Of a DNA stretch of 23,219 nt, positions 1-7,152 are shown piece by piece. Position numbers and translations under genes: made by a program. The notes under the pieces were generated by a model. The model saw only the letters and a program-made list of their open reading frames with translations, did not search any database and was not told the origin of the DNA. Each line of letters opens with the position of its first letter. Positions within the stretch are counted from its first letter, which is position 1. Origin of the DNA: Sulfolobus ellipsoid virus 1 and six more viruses of crenarchaea; IMG/VR virus record IMGVR_UViG_2974561068_000001, positions 1 to 23,219 of that record. One strand, 5' to 3'.

Positions 1-173
1 GCTGCCTATTTGCTTTCTCCCGTTATCCCAAGGTCTTTAGGGCAATTTTCGTAAAAATCTGTAATACCCTACTTCAAAATTCAATTTCCCACCGTTACCT
101 ATATAAGGAACCTCCAAAAAACTGAATTTCTCTCTCACCTGCCAAACAAACCTACACCCCTCTCCCACCTCCC
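1..173 (+). repeat. Left inverted terminal repeat (173 bp)
   Basis: Position i pairs with 23220-i at every position I checked up to 173; first mismatch at 174 (T) vs 23046 (C). Confidence 0.97.
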
Positions 174-341
174 TCCTTTAAATTTAAGGGTTTATGGGTG
201 AGGTATCCTAGACGTAAAACTGTTAGCCTTTCTTTTTATCTAAATTTACGTTAAGCGTATCTGTTAAAACCCTAAATTAACGTAAAATTTATCTTACTTA
301 GTGAAACGTCATCTCAAGGATTATTATTTGCGATAGAAACG

Positions 342-386
342 TTTATTTATTTAACCAGCTTATTCTTTTTTGGGTAACAAAAAATG
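342..386 (+). promoter_or_regulatory. TATA box plus short leader (TTTTTTGGGTAACAAAAAATG) for the first left-arm gene
   Basis: TTTATTTA at 342-349, about 35-42 nt upstream of ATG 384; the leader resembles those at 22908-22927 and 19568-19586. Confidence 0.6.
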
Positions 387-716
387 TTAGACGTGAACCT
401 ATTAAGGGAAATAAATCAACACATAAAGTATCCAATTTTTAAGCCAATCGATATTAATGTAGATTCTAAAGAGAAAAAGATTAAGCTAACCGTTAGACTA
501 GACAGATATACCTTAACAGAAGGCGAGGAAAAGGAAATAAGGGACTTTTTACGCGTTAACAATAGGTTATATTTAGAGGACGGTAAGCATATAGAGGTTA
601 TCGTAGGAGGGTATACTGATATAGATAATAACGAAATAATCGTAACTATGGACTTCTGGTTTATAGAGAGCGTTTTACAGGTTTTCGAAAATATTTATAT
701 TAAGTTAGGTGCTTAA
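384..716 (+). CDS. Hypothetical protein, 110 aa; member of the left-arm paralog family
   Basis: ORF with promoter and leader; shares GKxxE(V/I)xxxxYxxxDxN with the 718 ORF and EV..(D/E)N..FIE spacing with the 3223 ORF. Confidence 0.85.
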   Translation: MLDVNLLREINQHIKYPIFKPIDINVDSKEKKIKLTVRLDRYTLTEGEEKEIRDFLRVNNRLYLEDGKHIEVIVGGYTDIDNNEIIVTMDFWFIESVLQVFENIYIKLGA

Positions 717-717
717 C

Positions 718-1026
718 ATGATTAACTTAAGCGAGATTAAATTACCGATAAAGGTAAACGATATAAAAGTTGAAAACCTAAAGGGCTCTGTTCACATTTT
801 CATAAAACTATTCGATAGGGAGATGGATCCTAAGTCTTATCTAAAGTTGATAAGGGGATTAGAGAAAGATGGACACCCAGTTAGACATGTGGGAAAATGT
901 TACGAAATAACGCACTGGTTCTATCAAAATCCAGATATGAATAAGTATATGACAGCTTTACGCTTATGTTACGAAACTAATAAATTATGCGTATATGAAT
1001 CTGTTCATGTGGTTATACATGTCTGA
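718..1026 (+). CDS. Hypothetical protein, 102 aa; left-arm paralog family
   Basis: The track GTG at 709 lies within the SD AGGTG (707-711), so ATG 718 is the likely start. Similar to ORF 384. Confidence 0.85.
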   Translation: MINLSEIKLPIKVNDIKVENLKGSVHIFIKLFDREMDPKSYLKLIRGLEKDGHPVRHVGKCYEITHWFYQNPDMNKYMTALRLCYETNKLCVYESVHVVIHV

Positions 1027-1474
1027 TCCAATAATAGAAGGTTTTAGAAGAAAAGGATGTAATTATTGGGAAGAGCAGGATATAGCGTATGGTCTAATGG
1101 ACTTTAAGGGTAAGACCTTACTTAATATAGGGGCAGACTGTGGTACGACTGTTTATTATGCGTATTTAAAGGGTATTAAGCACGTTATAGCTTACGAAAA
1201 GGATCCTAACCTTAGGAAATACCTTTACTCTTTTCCATTTGTAGATGTTAGGGGAGAGTGGGTAAACCAATATGATAATGCAGACTTACTAATAATGGAC
1301 TGTGAGGGTTGTGAGGTATTTTTAGATTTATCCCAGCTTAATAAGTATTCTCAGTACTGTATAGCTATTCACTCATGGATCCCAAATTTTAGGGACTTTT
1401 TACTCAAATTTAGAGGAAACAGATTAACTTATGTAACTCCAGACCTAAAGGAATTCGTGTTATGTAAGGTGTGA
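1019..1474 (+). CDS. SAM-dependent methyltransferase, FkbM-like (about 151 aa)
   Basis: Motif I LLNIGADCG, then IAYEKD and LIMDCEGCE (FkbM-type xDxEGxE). Start ATG 1019 (overlapping the upstream stop) preferred to track start 995. Confidence 0.8.
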   Translation: MSDPIIEGFRRKGCNYWEEQDIAYGLMDFKGKTLLNIGADCGTTVYYAYLKGIKHVIAYEKDPNLRKYLYSFPFVDVRGEWVNQYDNADLLIMDCEGCEVFLDLSQLNKYSQYCIAIHSWIPNFRDFLLKFRGNRLTYVTPDLKEFVLCKV

Positions 1475-1478
1475 GATT

Positions 1479-1814
1479 ATGGAAATAGGGGATTTGGAAA
1501 GCGAAATAATAGACCTAATAGCTTTTCCACCTTACTCATTTAAGAACTGGGAGATTCCAGAGTTAGACGGTAGTTTTAAGATAAGGATCCTATTGAAAGG
1601 GTATAAGTGCTATGAAAGCTTATTCATTAGATTAATAGAGAAATTACAAAAGGAAATAGGTTTAGATCCATATTTTAATGAGAAAGGCGAAAGGGGTGGT
1701 AGAAAGTTAATAGGTAAAGTTAACTCTAAGGTTAAGATCTATCTTGATATAGCGTATAACCTTAATGAGGAAAAAATAAAGATATATCTTTCTTTAGAGG
1801 GGAGTAGTAGATAA
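1479..1814 (+). CDS. Hypothetical protein, 111 aa; possible distant member of the left-arm paralog family
   Basis: SD AGGTG upstream; GSFKIRI resembles GSFKIDI in the 2835 ORF. Confidence 0.8.
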   Translation: MEIGDLESEIIDLIAFPPYSFKNWEIPELDGSFKIRILLKGYKCYESLFIRLIEKLQKEIGLDPYFNEKGERGGRKLIGKVNSKVKIYLDIAYNLNEEKIKIYLSLEGSSR

Positions 1815-1846
1815 AAGGTCCTACGTAATTTTTTCGTAGTTTTACG

Positions 1847-2116
1847 TTAGTCCAATATTTTTAGTGTCTTTACGTAAAGTTTGTTGTTTTCGTAGTATAA
1901 GATTAAGGCGTATCTTTCTTCTACATTTTTACCATCTTTATCGTATATCCTTATTATGTAACCTATTTTGGTAAAGTCTGAAGGATACCACTTTTTATAG
2001 TCTACATCTCTCTTTAGTATTTGGCTTAGCCTTTTACACAAGTTGTAAATTGAGATCTGAAAACCATTTATCTCATCTAACATTAGTTCTTTTATTAACT
2101 CTTTTGTGTCAGACAC
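1847..2116 (-). CDS. Hypothetical protein, 89 aa; similar to the divergent 69-aa ORF
   Basis: GTG start; YIIRIYDKDGKNVEERYALIL resembles YIRLVTYDGKEVVRVFFDKYALVL. Confidence 0.75.
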   Translation of the reverse strand: MSDTKELIKELMLDEINGFQISIYNLCKRLSQILKRDVDYKKWYPSDFTKIGYIIRIYDKDGKNVEERYALILYYENNKLYVKTLKILD

Positions 2117-2183
2117 TTTTATCGTATCTATTCTTTTTTGAGGACTTAAAAAGTTTTTATATAAGTTAACAGTATCTTATTTT

Positions 2184-2393
2184 ATGGATCTAAAAAATCT
2201 GTATACGGAAATCCTAGATGCTATGAACGCTAAGTTATCGTTATTTTTTATAGAGGACTATTCTACTGTTATAGCGTTAAACCCTACTTATATAAGGTTA
2301 GTGACATATGACGGTAAAGAGGTAGTGAGGGTATTTTTTGATAAATATGCTTTAGTCCTAAAAGAAAGTGGGTATGAAATAATGGTCTTTTAA
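2184..2393 (+). CDS. Hypothetical protein, 69 aa
   Basis: Leaderless: TTTATATAA about 28 nt upstream with an A-rich BRE. Similar to 1847..2116. Confidence 0.8.
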   Translation: MDLKNLYTEILDAMNAKLSLFFIEDYSTVIALNPTYIRLVTYDGKEVVRVFFDKYALVLKESGYEIMVF

Positions 2394-2452
2394 AGAGAAC
2401 TGTTTTTTATTTTTCCGTAAGTCTTTTTAACCCATCAGTTTGTTTTATATTT

Positions 2453-2758
2453 ATGCCTAAGTATGTCCCTCCAGAAGTAAAGGAAAAGGTAAAAGAGAGA
2501 ACTATCCAGCTTTTTAAAATGGGTTATTCCTATAGGGAGATCCATGATATTATAAAAGAGGAATTTGGATCTGGAGTATCTGAAGCTATGTTATTTTTAG
2601 AGTCTTTACCAGAAGAGGTAAAGTTACAGCATATAGATGCATATGTTGAGAGGATGTATAAGGCTTACTTAATGCTTTATGGTGAAAAAAAGGCTAAAGA
2701 AAAGGCAGAAAAGTTAAGGAAAAGCCTTTTAGTCAGAAGGGAGAACTTTAAGAAATGA
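2453..2758 (+). CDS. Helix-turn-helix DNA-binding protein, 101 aa
   Basis: N-terminal EVKEKVKERTIQLFKMGYSYREIHDIIKEEFGSGVSE fits an HTH pattern (L..G.S..EI...I..EFG..VS). Confidence 0.7.
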   Translation: MPKYVPPEVKEKVKERTIQLFKMGYSYREIHDIIKEEFGSGVSEAMLFLESLPEEVKLQHIDAYVERMYKAYLMLYGEKKAKEKAEKLRKSLLVRRENFKK

Positions 2759-2834
2759 ATTATTCTTTTTTGATGTGTATCAACACAGTAAGCTTTTTAT
2801 ATTGGTTTTATGTTATTTAAATCGGGTTAACCCT

Positions 2835-3230
2835 ATGTCTAACCTATCTAAAGGTCTAAAATTTAAGGAAAAACAAGCTTCTTTTTTATACGACCTAATT
2901 TTAAGGGAGATCAAGACTGAAGATAAGTTAGCCTCTAGTATAACTAATCTAGTTGTTAATTCTGGTTCTTTTAAGATAGATATTGAGATTGGCGAGTTTA
3001 AGGTAAATGAAAAGGCTATAGAAGAGTTAGATAATGCCTTACTAGATTTAGAACCAGAGCATACTAATTATGATGAGACTGTTGATAAGATCATGACTTA
3101 CGATTTCTTAATGGATGAGGTAGTTGTTAGGGGATATAAAATAAGGCAGATTTTAAGCGTAAAATTAAACTATACTAGATCAACTGTTTATTTAACTACT
3201 ACTTTAGTAGGTGTTAAAAACTATGATTAA
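2835..3230 (+). CDS. Hypothetical protein, about 131 aa; left-arm paralog family
   Basis: ATG 2835 preferred to track 2775 (TATA near 2795-2802, GGGTTA leader). KIDIEIGEFKVNEKAIEEL resembles KLMIKIGEFDATEEDLKRL of the next ORF. Confidence 0.75.
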   Translation: MSNLSKGLKFKEKQASFLYDLILREIKTEDKLASSITNLVVNSGSFKIDIEIGEFKVNEKAIEELDNALLDLEPEHTNYDETVDKIMTYDFLMDEVVVRGYKIRQILSVKLNYTRSTVYLTTTLVGVKNYD

Positions 3231-3489
3231 CGAAAAAATCTTAGAAGAGTCTTTACCTAAGGTTTTAAAAGATAAAGATACTATCAAGCTAATGATTAAG
3301 ATAGGCGAGTTTGATGCCACTGAAGAAGATTTAAAGAGATTAGCAGAGATAGCGAGTGACTTATGGGATTCTATTTATATACCTAAATATGATGTAGAGG
3401 TTTTATTTTACCCATTAATTAAAAAGGAGAACGGGAAAGCAGTTTTATATCAAGTTCTAAAGTTTATTGAACCTTCTTTAGAAGGGTAA
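3223..3489 (+). CDS. Hypothetical protein, 88 aa; left-arm paralog family
   Basis: The track GTG 3211 is part of SD AGGTG (3209-3213), so ATG 3223 is preferred. Similar to ORFs 2835 and 384. Confidence 0.85.
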   Translation: MINEKILEESLPKVLKDKDTIKLMIKIGEFDATEEDLKRLAEIASDLWDSIYIPKYDVEVLFYPLIKKENGKAVLYQVLKFIEPSLEG

Positions 3490-3495
3490 GTCATC

Positions 3496-3502
3496 TTTTT
3501 TT
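3496..3502 (+). terminator. Oligo-T archaeal terminator candidate
   Basis: T7 run just after stop 3489. Confidence 0.45.
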
Positions 3503-3553
3503 ATATGCCAAAAATTTTTATACCCTTTTTCTTAGATATATACTTAGATAGCC

Positions 3554-3865
3554 ATGGTAGAGCTATCTAAGTTTAAATCTACGTGGATTTCAAGTAAAAA
3601 CGTAAGAGATTTTTTAGGTAAAAAGTTAGTAGTCCAGAATTTCGATATAGTTGATGGGATGTACGGGAGTAATATCGTATTATACGTAAAGGTAGTAGAT
3701 GGCGATAACGAATACCCTACGATGAAAGTAAGGTTAAACAGAGTCTCTATAGAGAACTTAGAGAGGAAGGGAGTAACTCAAGCAGAAGAGTTAATCGGTA
3801 AAGCAATAAAGTTAAGTACTGTAAAAACTAGGATGGGAGAAAGCGTTTTAGTAGACTTAGCCTAA
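3554..3865 (+). CDS. Putative OB-fold single-stranded DNA-binding protein, 103 aa
   Basis: Beta-rich pattern ending in V.LNR.S...L...G......L.GK.I.L, like phage OB-fold SSB-like families (LNKTN...G...W.G..I.L). Pattern recognition only. Confidence 0.55.
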   Translation: MVELSKFKSTWISSKNVRDFLGKKLVVQNFDIVDGMYGSNIVLYVKVVDGDNEYPTMKVRLNRVSIENLERKGVTQAEELIGKAIKLSTVKTRMGESVLVDLA

Positions 3866-3916
3866 TCTTTTTACTCTCACAAAAAGTTAAATACCCTTTT
3901 TTTCTACTCTTTATTT

Positions 3917-4105
3917 ATGTATAAAGTACTTTACCGAGACCCATATTTTTCGTTATACGAAATAGATGGTCATACAGTTCAAGTAATCAAGAAAGATAAC
4001 GCTATAATAAGAACGACATGTGACTGTTTCGCCTTTATTTTTGATAAAGAGTGTAAACACAGAAAAATAGCCATTATATTGGAAAAGAACCTAAATAAGG
4101 ATTAA
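3917..4105 (+). CDS. SWIM zinc-finger protein, 62 aa
   Basis: CDC-x8-CKH (CxCxnCxH) preceded by beta strands; leaderless, TTAAATA at 3887-3893. Confidence 0.85.
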   Translation: MYKVLYRDPYFSLYEIDGHTVQVIKKDNAIIRTTCDCFAFIFDKECKHRKIAIILEKNLNKD

Positions 4106-4278
4106 TCATCTACCTCTTTAACTTCTGTTTTGGGTAATTCAATTAAGCCTTTTTTGGAATATGCTAATATTAAGTTGATATCTGTTAAGTACTTTTTCTT
4201 CAGTTCTAATATATCGTTTATGTAATCGTAGATTAGTTTATACATATATTCAGTATAACTTATGGTCTCATCACTCAT
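4102..4278 (-). CDS. Small protein, 58 aa, absent from the track (MSDETISYTEYMYKLIYDYINDILELKKKYLTDINLILAYSKKGLIELPKTEVKEVDD)
   Basis: Hand translation; ATGA overlap with the stop of 4275..4736; SD GGGTGA upstream; fills the intergenic gap exactly. Confidence 0.8.
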   Translation of the reverse strand: MSDETISYTEYMYKLIYDYINDILELKKKYLTDINLILAYSKKGLIELPKTEVKEVDD

Positions 4279-4736
4279 TTCTGTTCACCCTGTTTTTTGA
4301 ATAGGTTTTCTAATAATGATCTAACTGTATCTGGTGAAATGTTAAGCCTTAATAGTCTTACTATCATTTCTGATATAGCATCATATAGGGTTGTAGGTCT
4401 TTCCATCTGTCTCTGTCTCTCAAAAACAGCTATTGGATCTCCTATATAGGGAGGTAAGTAATTAACCAATATACTAGTCAGTAACTTACCCTGTTCATCA
4501 AGATATGACTGTTCTACTTTTAATGTTTCAGTGTAATGGTCATAAAAATCACTAGTATAATCTATTAACCTATCTATCAAGTCTTTAAACGCTTTACTCT
4601 TTACGATAGGTTTGGTATCTGGGATCTTATCAATAATGGTTTTCCAATAATCGAAATAACTGAGGATTTGAGAATGGATATACATTAGCTCTTTTGTATC
4701 GATGTCTTTCCTTACGTTTATTTTGCTTAGATCCAT
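4275..4736 (-). CDS. Hypothetical alpha-helical protein, 153 aa
   Basis: Long ORF; leaderless, minus-strand TTAAATA at about 4761-4767. Confidence 0.85.
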   Translation of the reverse strand: MDLSKINVRKDIDTKELMYIHSQILSYFDYWKTIIDKIPDTKPIVKSKAFKDLIDRLIDYTSDFYDHYTETLKVEQSYLDEQGKLLTSILVNYLPPYIGDPIAVFERQRQMERPTTLYDAISEMIVRLLRLNISPDTVRSLLENLFKKQGEQK

Positions 4737-4771
4737 AAATTATAAAAGATTAGACTAAGATATTTAACTTA
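4737..4771. promoter_or_regulatory. Interdigitated divergent promoters
   Basis: TTATAAAA at 4740-4747 serves ATG 4772 (+). Minus-strand TTAAATA at 4761-4767 serves ATG 4736 (-). Only 35 nt separate the starts. Confidence 0.65.
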
Positions 4772-5161
4772 ATGTCCAGTAGTTCAAACCCTAATCCAAA
4801 TAGTAAGCCATCTATAGGTTTAGCGATGATAAGGATATTCGTAATCGTAGGAATAGTTTTATCATCTATAGGGATACCTATAGGTCTTTACGAATTAGGT
4901 CAGTTAATTGGTAACCATATGGCTTATAGTGACTTAGTTAATGGTTATGCGTATGGTGGGCTATTCCAAGTAATTTATAATGCCACTCATGTAACATCTT
5001 ATCAACAGTTATCACAGATATCTGGGGCTATGGGTACGACTTTAGCCGTTAGTGACGTTAATACTATTTCATTAGCTTTACTATTGTTAGGATTTGCTAT
5101 TGGTTTACCATTAGCAGGAGAACTATACTTATTTTACAAAAAATTGACTGAAGAGAGCTAA
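4772..5161 (+). CDS. Two-TM membrane protein, 129 aa; probable virion envelope protein
   Basis: Hydrophobic segments IGLAMIRIFVIVGIVLSSIGIPIGL and ISLALLLLGFAIGLPLAG; first gene of the structural block. Confidence 0.85.
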   Translation: MSSSSNPNPNSKPSIGLAMIRIFVIVGIVLSSIGIPIGLYELGQLIGNHMAYSDLVNGYAYGGLFQVIYNATHVTSYQQLSQISGAMGTTLAVSDVNTISLALLLLGFAIGLPLAGELYLFYKKLTEES

Positions 5162-5168
5162 TTTTTTT
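5162..5168 (+). terminator. Oligo-T terminator candidate
   Basis: T7 immediately after TAA 5161. Confidence 0.5.
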
Positions 5169-5207
5169 GTATCATTTTATATACTTCTTTTTTCTTAATC
5201 GATAATA

Positions 5208-5531
5208 ATGGCTAGGAAAAAATCAGTTCTAAAAAGGATGTCTAGGAGTCCAGCAGACGTAGCCAGTAATGCGTGGGATAAATACCTATCTAAGATTAAC
5301 CAAATGATAGCTAATTATACTAGTGTTATGCAGAACATGCCCAGTAATGCAGACGCAGAGGCTAGATATGAGAAAGGTGTAGCCACATGGACCGCTATAA
5401 TGAGGAATCCAGAGGTTAGGAATGGTATTGCAGGAGTTGTTAGGAATGCTAAATATACTTATGAGAAAACTCTAATGGGAGTAAGCTCTACTGGTACTGT
5501 TCCTATAACTATTCCAGCACAGACTGGATAA
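5208..5531 (+). CDS. Basic alpha-helical protein, 107 aa; probable major nucleocapsid (DNA-wrapping) protein
   Basis: MARKKSVLKRMSR basic N-terminus, amphipathic helices, no TM, own strong TATA (TTTTATATA near 5174-5182), located in the structural block. The function is an inference. Confidence 0.7.
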   Translation: MARKKSVLKRMSRSPADVASNAWDKYLSKINQMIANYTSVMQNMPSNADAEARYEKGVATWTAIMRNPEVRNGIAGVVRNAKYTYEKTLMGVSSTGTVPITIPAQTG

Positions 5532-5546
5532 AAAAGGTGAAAAATT

Positions 5547-5825
5547 TTGAGTTATCAAACTTTACAAAGGTTTAATTTTTCTAACCTTACTAGTGATCTA
5601 TCAGAAGCTATAGGTGCCACGATAGGTATAGTAGCAGGAGGTTACTTATCATTAAAAGTATTCGCTAACTCTACTTATATGGGTCCAATAGTAACTTTAG
5701 CTATTGGTTTTGTTATCTTATTAGTGTTTCCAGATCTAGGGTTCTTAAATGGTATCGGTGCGGGCATGTTAGGTTACGGATTATATAAAATAATTCAAGT
5801 AGCATCTAACGGAGCAATCGTATAA
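5547..5825 (+). CDS. Three-TM Gly-rich membrane protein, 92 aa; paralog of 7191..7427
   Basis: TTG start with SD AAGGTGA; GxxxG-rich helices; aligns with ORF 7191. Confidence 0.85.
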   Translation: MSYQTLQRFNFSNLTSDLSEAIGATIGIVAGGYLSLKVFANSTYMGPIVTLAIGFVILLVFPDLGFLNGIGAGMLGYGLYKIIQVASNGAIV

Positions 5826-5863
5826 GCTAAAGTTTTATTTTTTACTTTTTCTAACTCTTTTTT

Positions 5864-6001
5864 ATGGGATTAATCTCAAGTGTTACGAATTATCTTAAAA
5901 GTAAGGGCACTTTTGGATTCGTTATAGCTCTATTGTTATTTATAATAGTAGGTTTAATAGATACTATCGTAGGTTCAATAATCTATGAATTTTTCGCGTG
6001 A
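5864..6001 (+). CDS. Membrane micropeptide, 45 aa, absent from the track (MGLISSVTNYLKSKGTFGFVIALLLFIIVGLIDTIVGSIIYEFFA)
   Basis: Hand translation; fills the 5825-6007 gap; amphipathic N-terminus plus hydrophobic segment; T/A-rich box about 28 nt upstream. Confidence 0.7.
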   Translation: MGLISSVTNYLKSKGTFGFVIALLLFIIVGLIDTIVGSIIYEFFA

Positions 6002-6006
6002 TAACC

Positions 6007-7152
6007 ATGAGTTTCTTATCATCTTTACTTAAAATTTTACTTTCTCCAGTTATTCCTATAGTCCCTAAAACTCCTATTAGTACTACTACTCCAGTCTCTA
6101 CTCAAACGGTAACACAGTTAGTAACTCAGACCGTTACACAAGTTTTAACTCAATATGAATATGTATATTTAAGTGCCTCATGTCCTGTATGTCCTATATC
6201 TACTACTGTGCCACAAGGTTATACGTTAGTATATTATTATCAGATAAGTAACCCATATTCTCAAGACCTAAACGATATTCAAGTGCCAATAGAGTTAGTT
6301 GTAAATAATCCTCTTAGCTATATCTTTTGTGAGGATCAAGCATGTAATAAACCGTTATTTTCATGGTATGAACCTAGTGGTATCTTTTGGGTATTAATTC
6401 CGTTTATTCCAGCTAACGGTGATATTGTAATTTATTTATACGAGAATGGTGACGTAAATTATCCATATACTGGTACTTTTGGATCCCCATTATATGATAA
6501 TGGTAGAGGCGTGTTTTACGAATATTTCTCTTTTTATGATACATTACCTCATGAATGGAGCACATGTTATAATGCAGTATCTCCTAATTATAACTCTACT
6601 TATGCGACTTTACCAGTAAACCCACCAGATGGTGGTATTGGTAGCGATTACGCCTATCCAGTAATAGGGTATTGGATAGATTTCTATGTGGCTTTACCAT
6701 CAACTAGTTCTAGTGATATATCTAGTAGTGTGATGGCTTTAGGAGTAGGTTCATGTAATACAACCAATACTTATTTTATAGGAGGCGGAGGAGGAGATAC
6801 TTGTGGTAATAATGCTAACGGATTCGCTTTCTGTTATGATAATTTTGGTACAACTAATCAATGGGGAGTTTACGTAGGTACAACACAAGTAGCACCTAGT
6901 CCGTTAAATTATACACCTAACAATTTCGCACTATACTCTATAGGAGTTCTCAGCAGTTCTATTATATTCCAAATGAATTATAACAATCAATTCATTTATT
7001 CTGGATCCCCACCCATATCTATGGGTAATTTAGTAATTTTAGATAGTATAGGCACAATTGGCTTAGGGTTTGTAAGAATGAGAAAAGCCACACCAGACGG
7101 AAACAACTTACCAGTCTTAACGTTTACTCCTAGTGGGGCTTTAGCATCATAA
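6007..7152 (+). CDS. DUF2341-like beta-rich virion/surface protein (about 381 aa)
   Basis: ISNPYSQDLNDIQVPI...LFSWYE...FWVLIPFIPANGDIVIYLY and terminal FVRMRK match the DUF2341-type pattern; N-terminal TQ(T/L)V repeats. ATG 6007 preferred to GTG 5998. Confidence 0.7.
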   Translation: MSFLSSLLKILLSPVIPIVPKTPISTTTPVSTQTVTQLVTQTVTQVLTQYEYVYLSASCPVCPISTTVPQGYTLVYYYQISNPYSQDLNDIQVPIELVVNNPLSYIFCEDQACNKPLFSWYEPSGIFWVLIPFIPANGDIVIYLYENGDVNYPYTGTFGSPLYDNGRGVFYEYFSFYDTLPHEWSTCYNAVSPNYNSTYATLPVNPPDGGIGSDYAYPVIGYWIDFYVALPSTSSSDISSSVMALGVGSCNTTNTYFIGGGGGDTCGNNANGFAFCYDNFGTTNQWGVYVGTTQVAPSPLNYTPNNFALYSIGVLSSSIIFQMNYNNQFIYSGSPPISMGNLVILDSIGTIGLGFVRMRKATPDGNNLPVLTFTPSGALAS

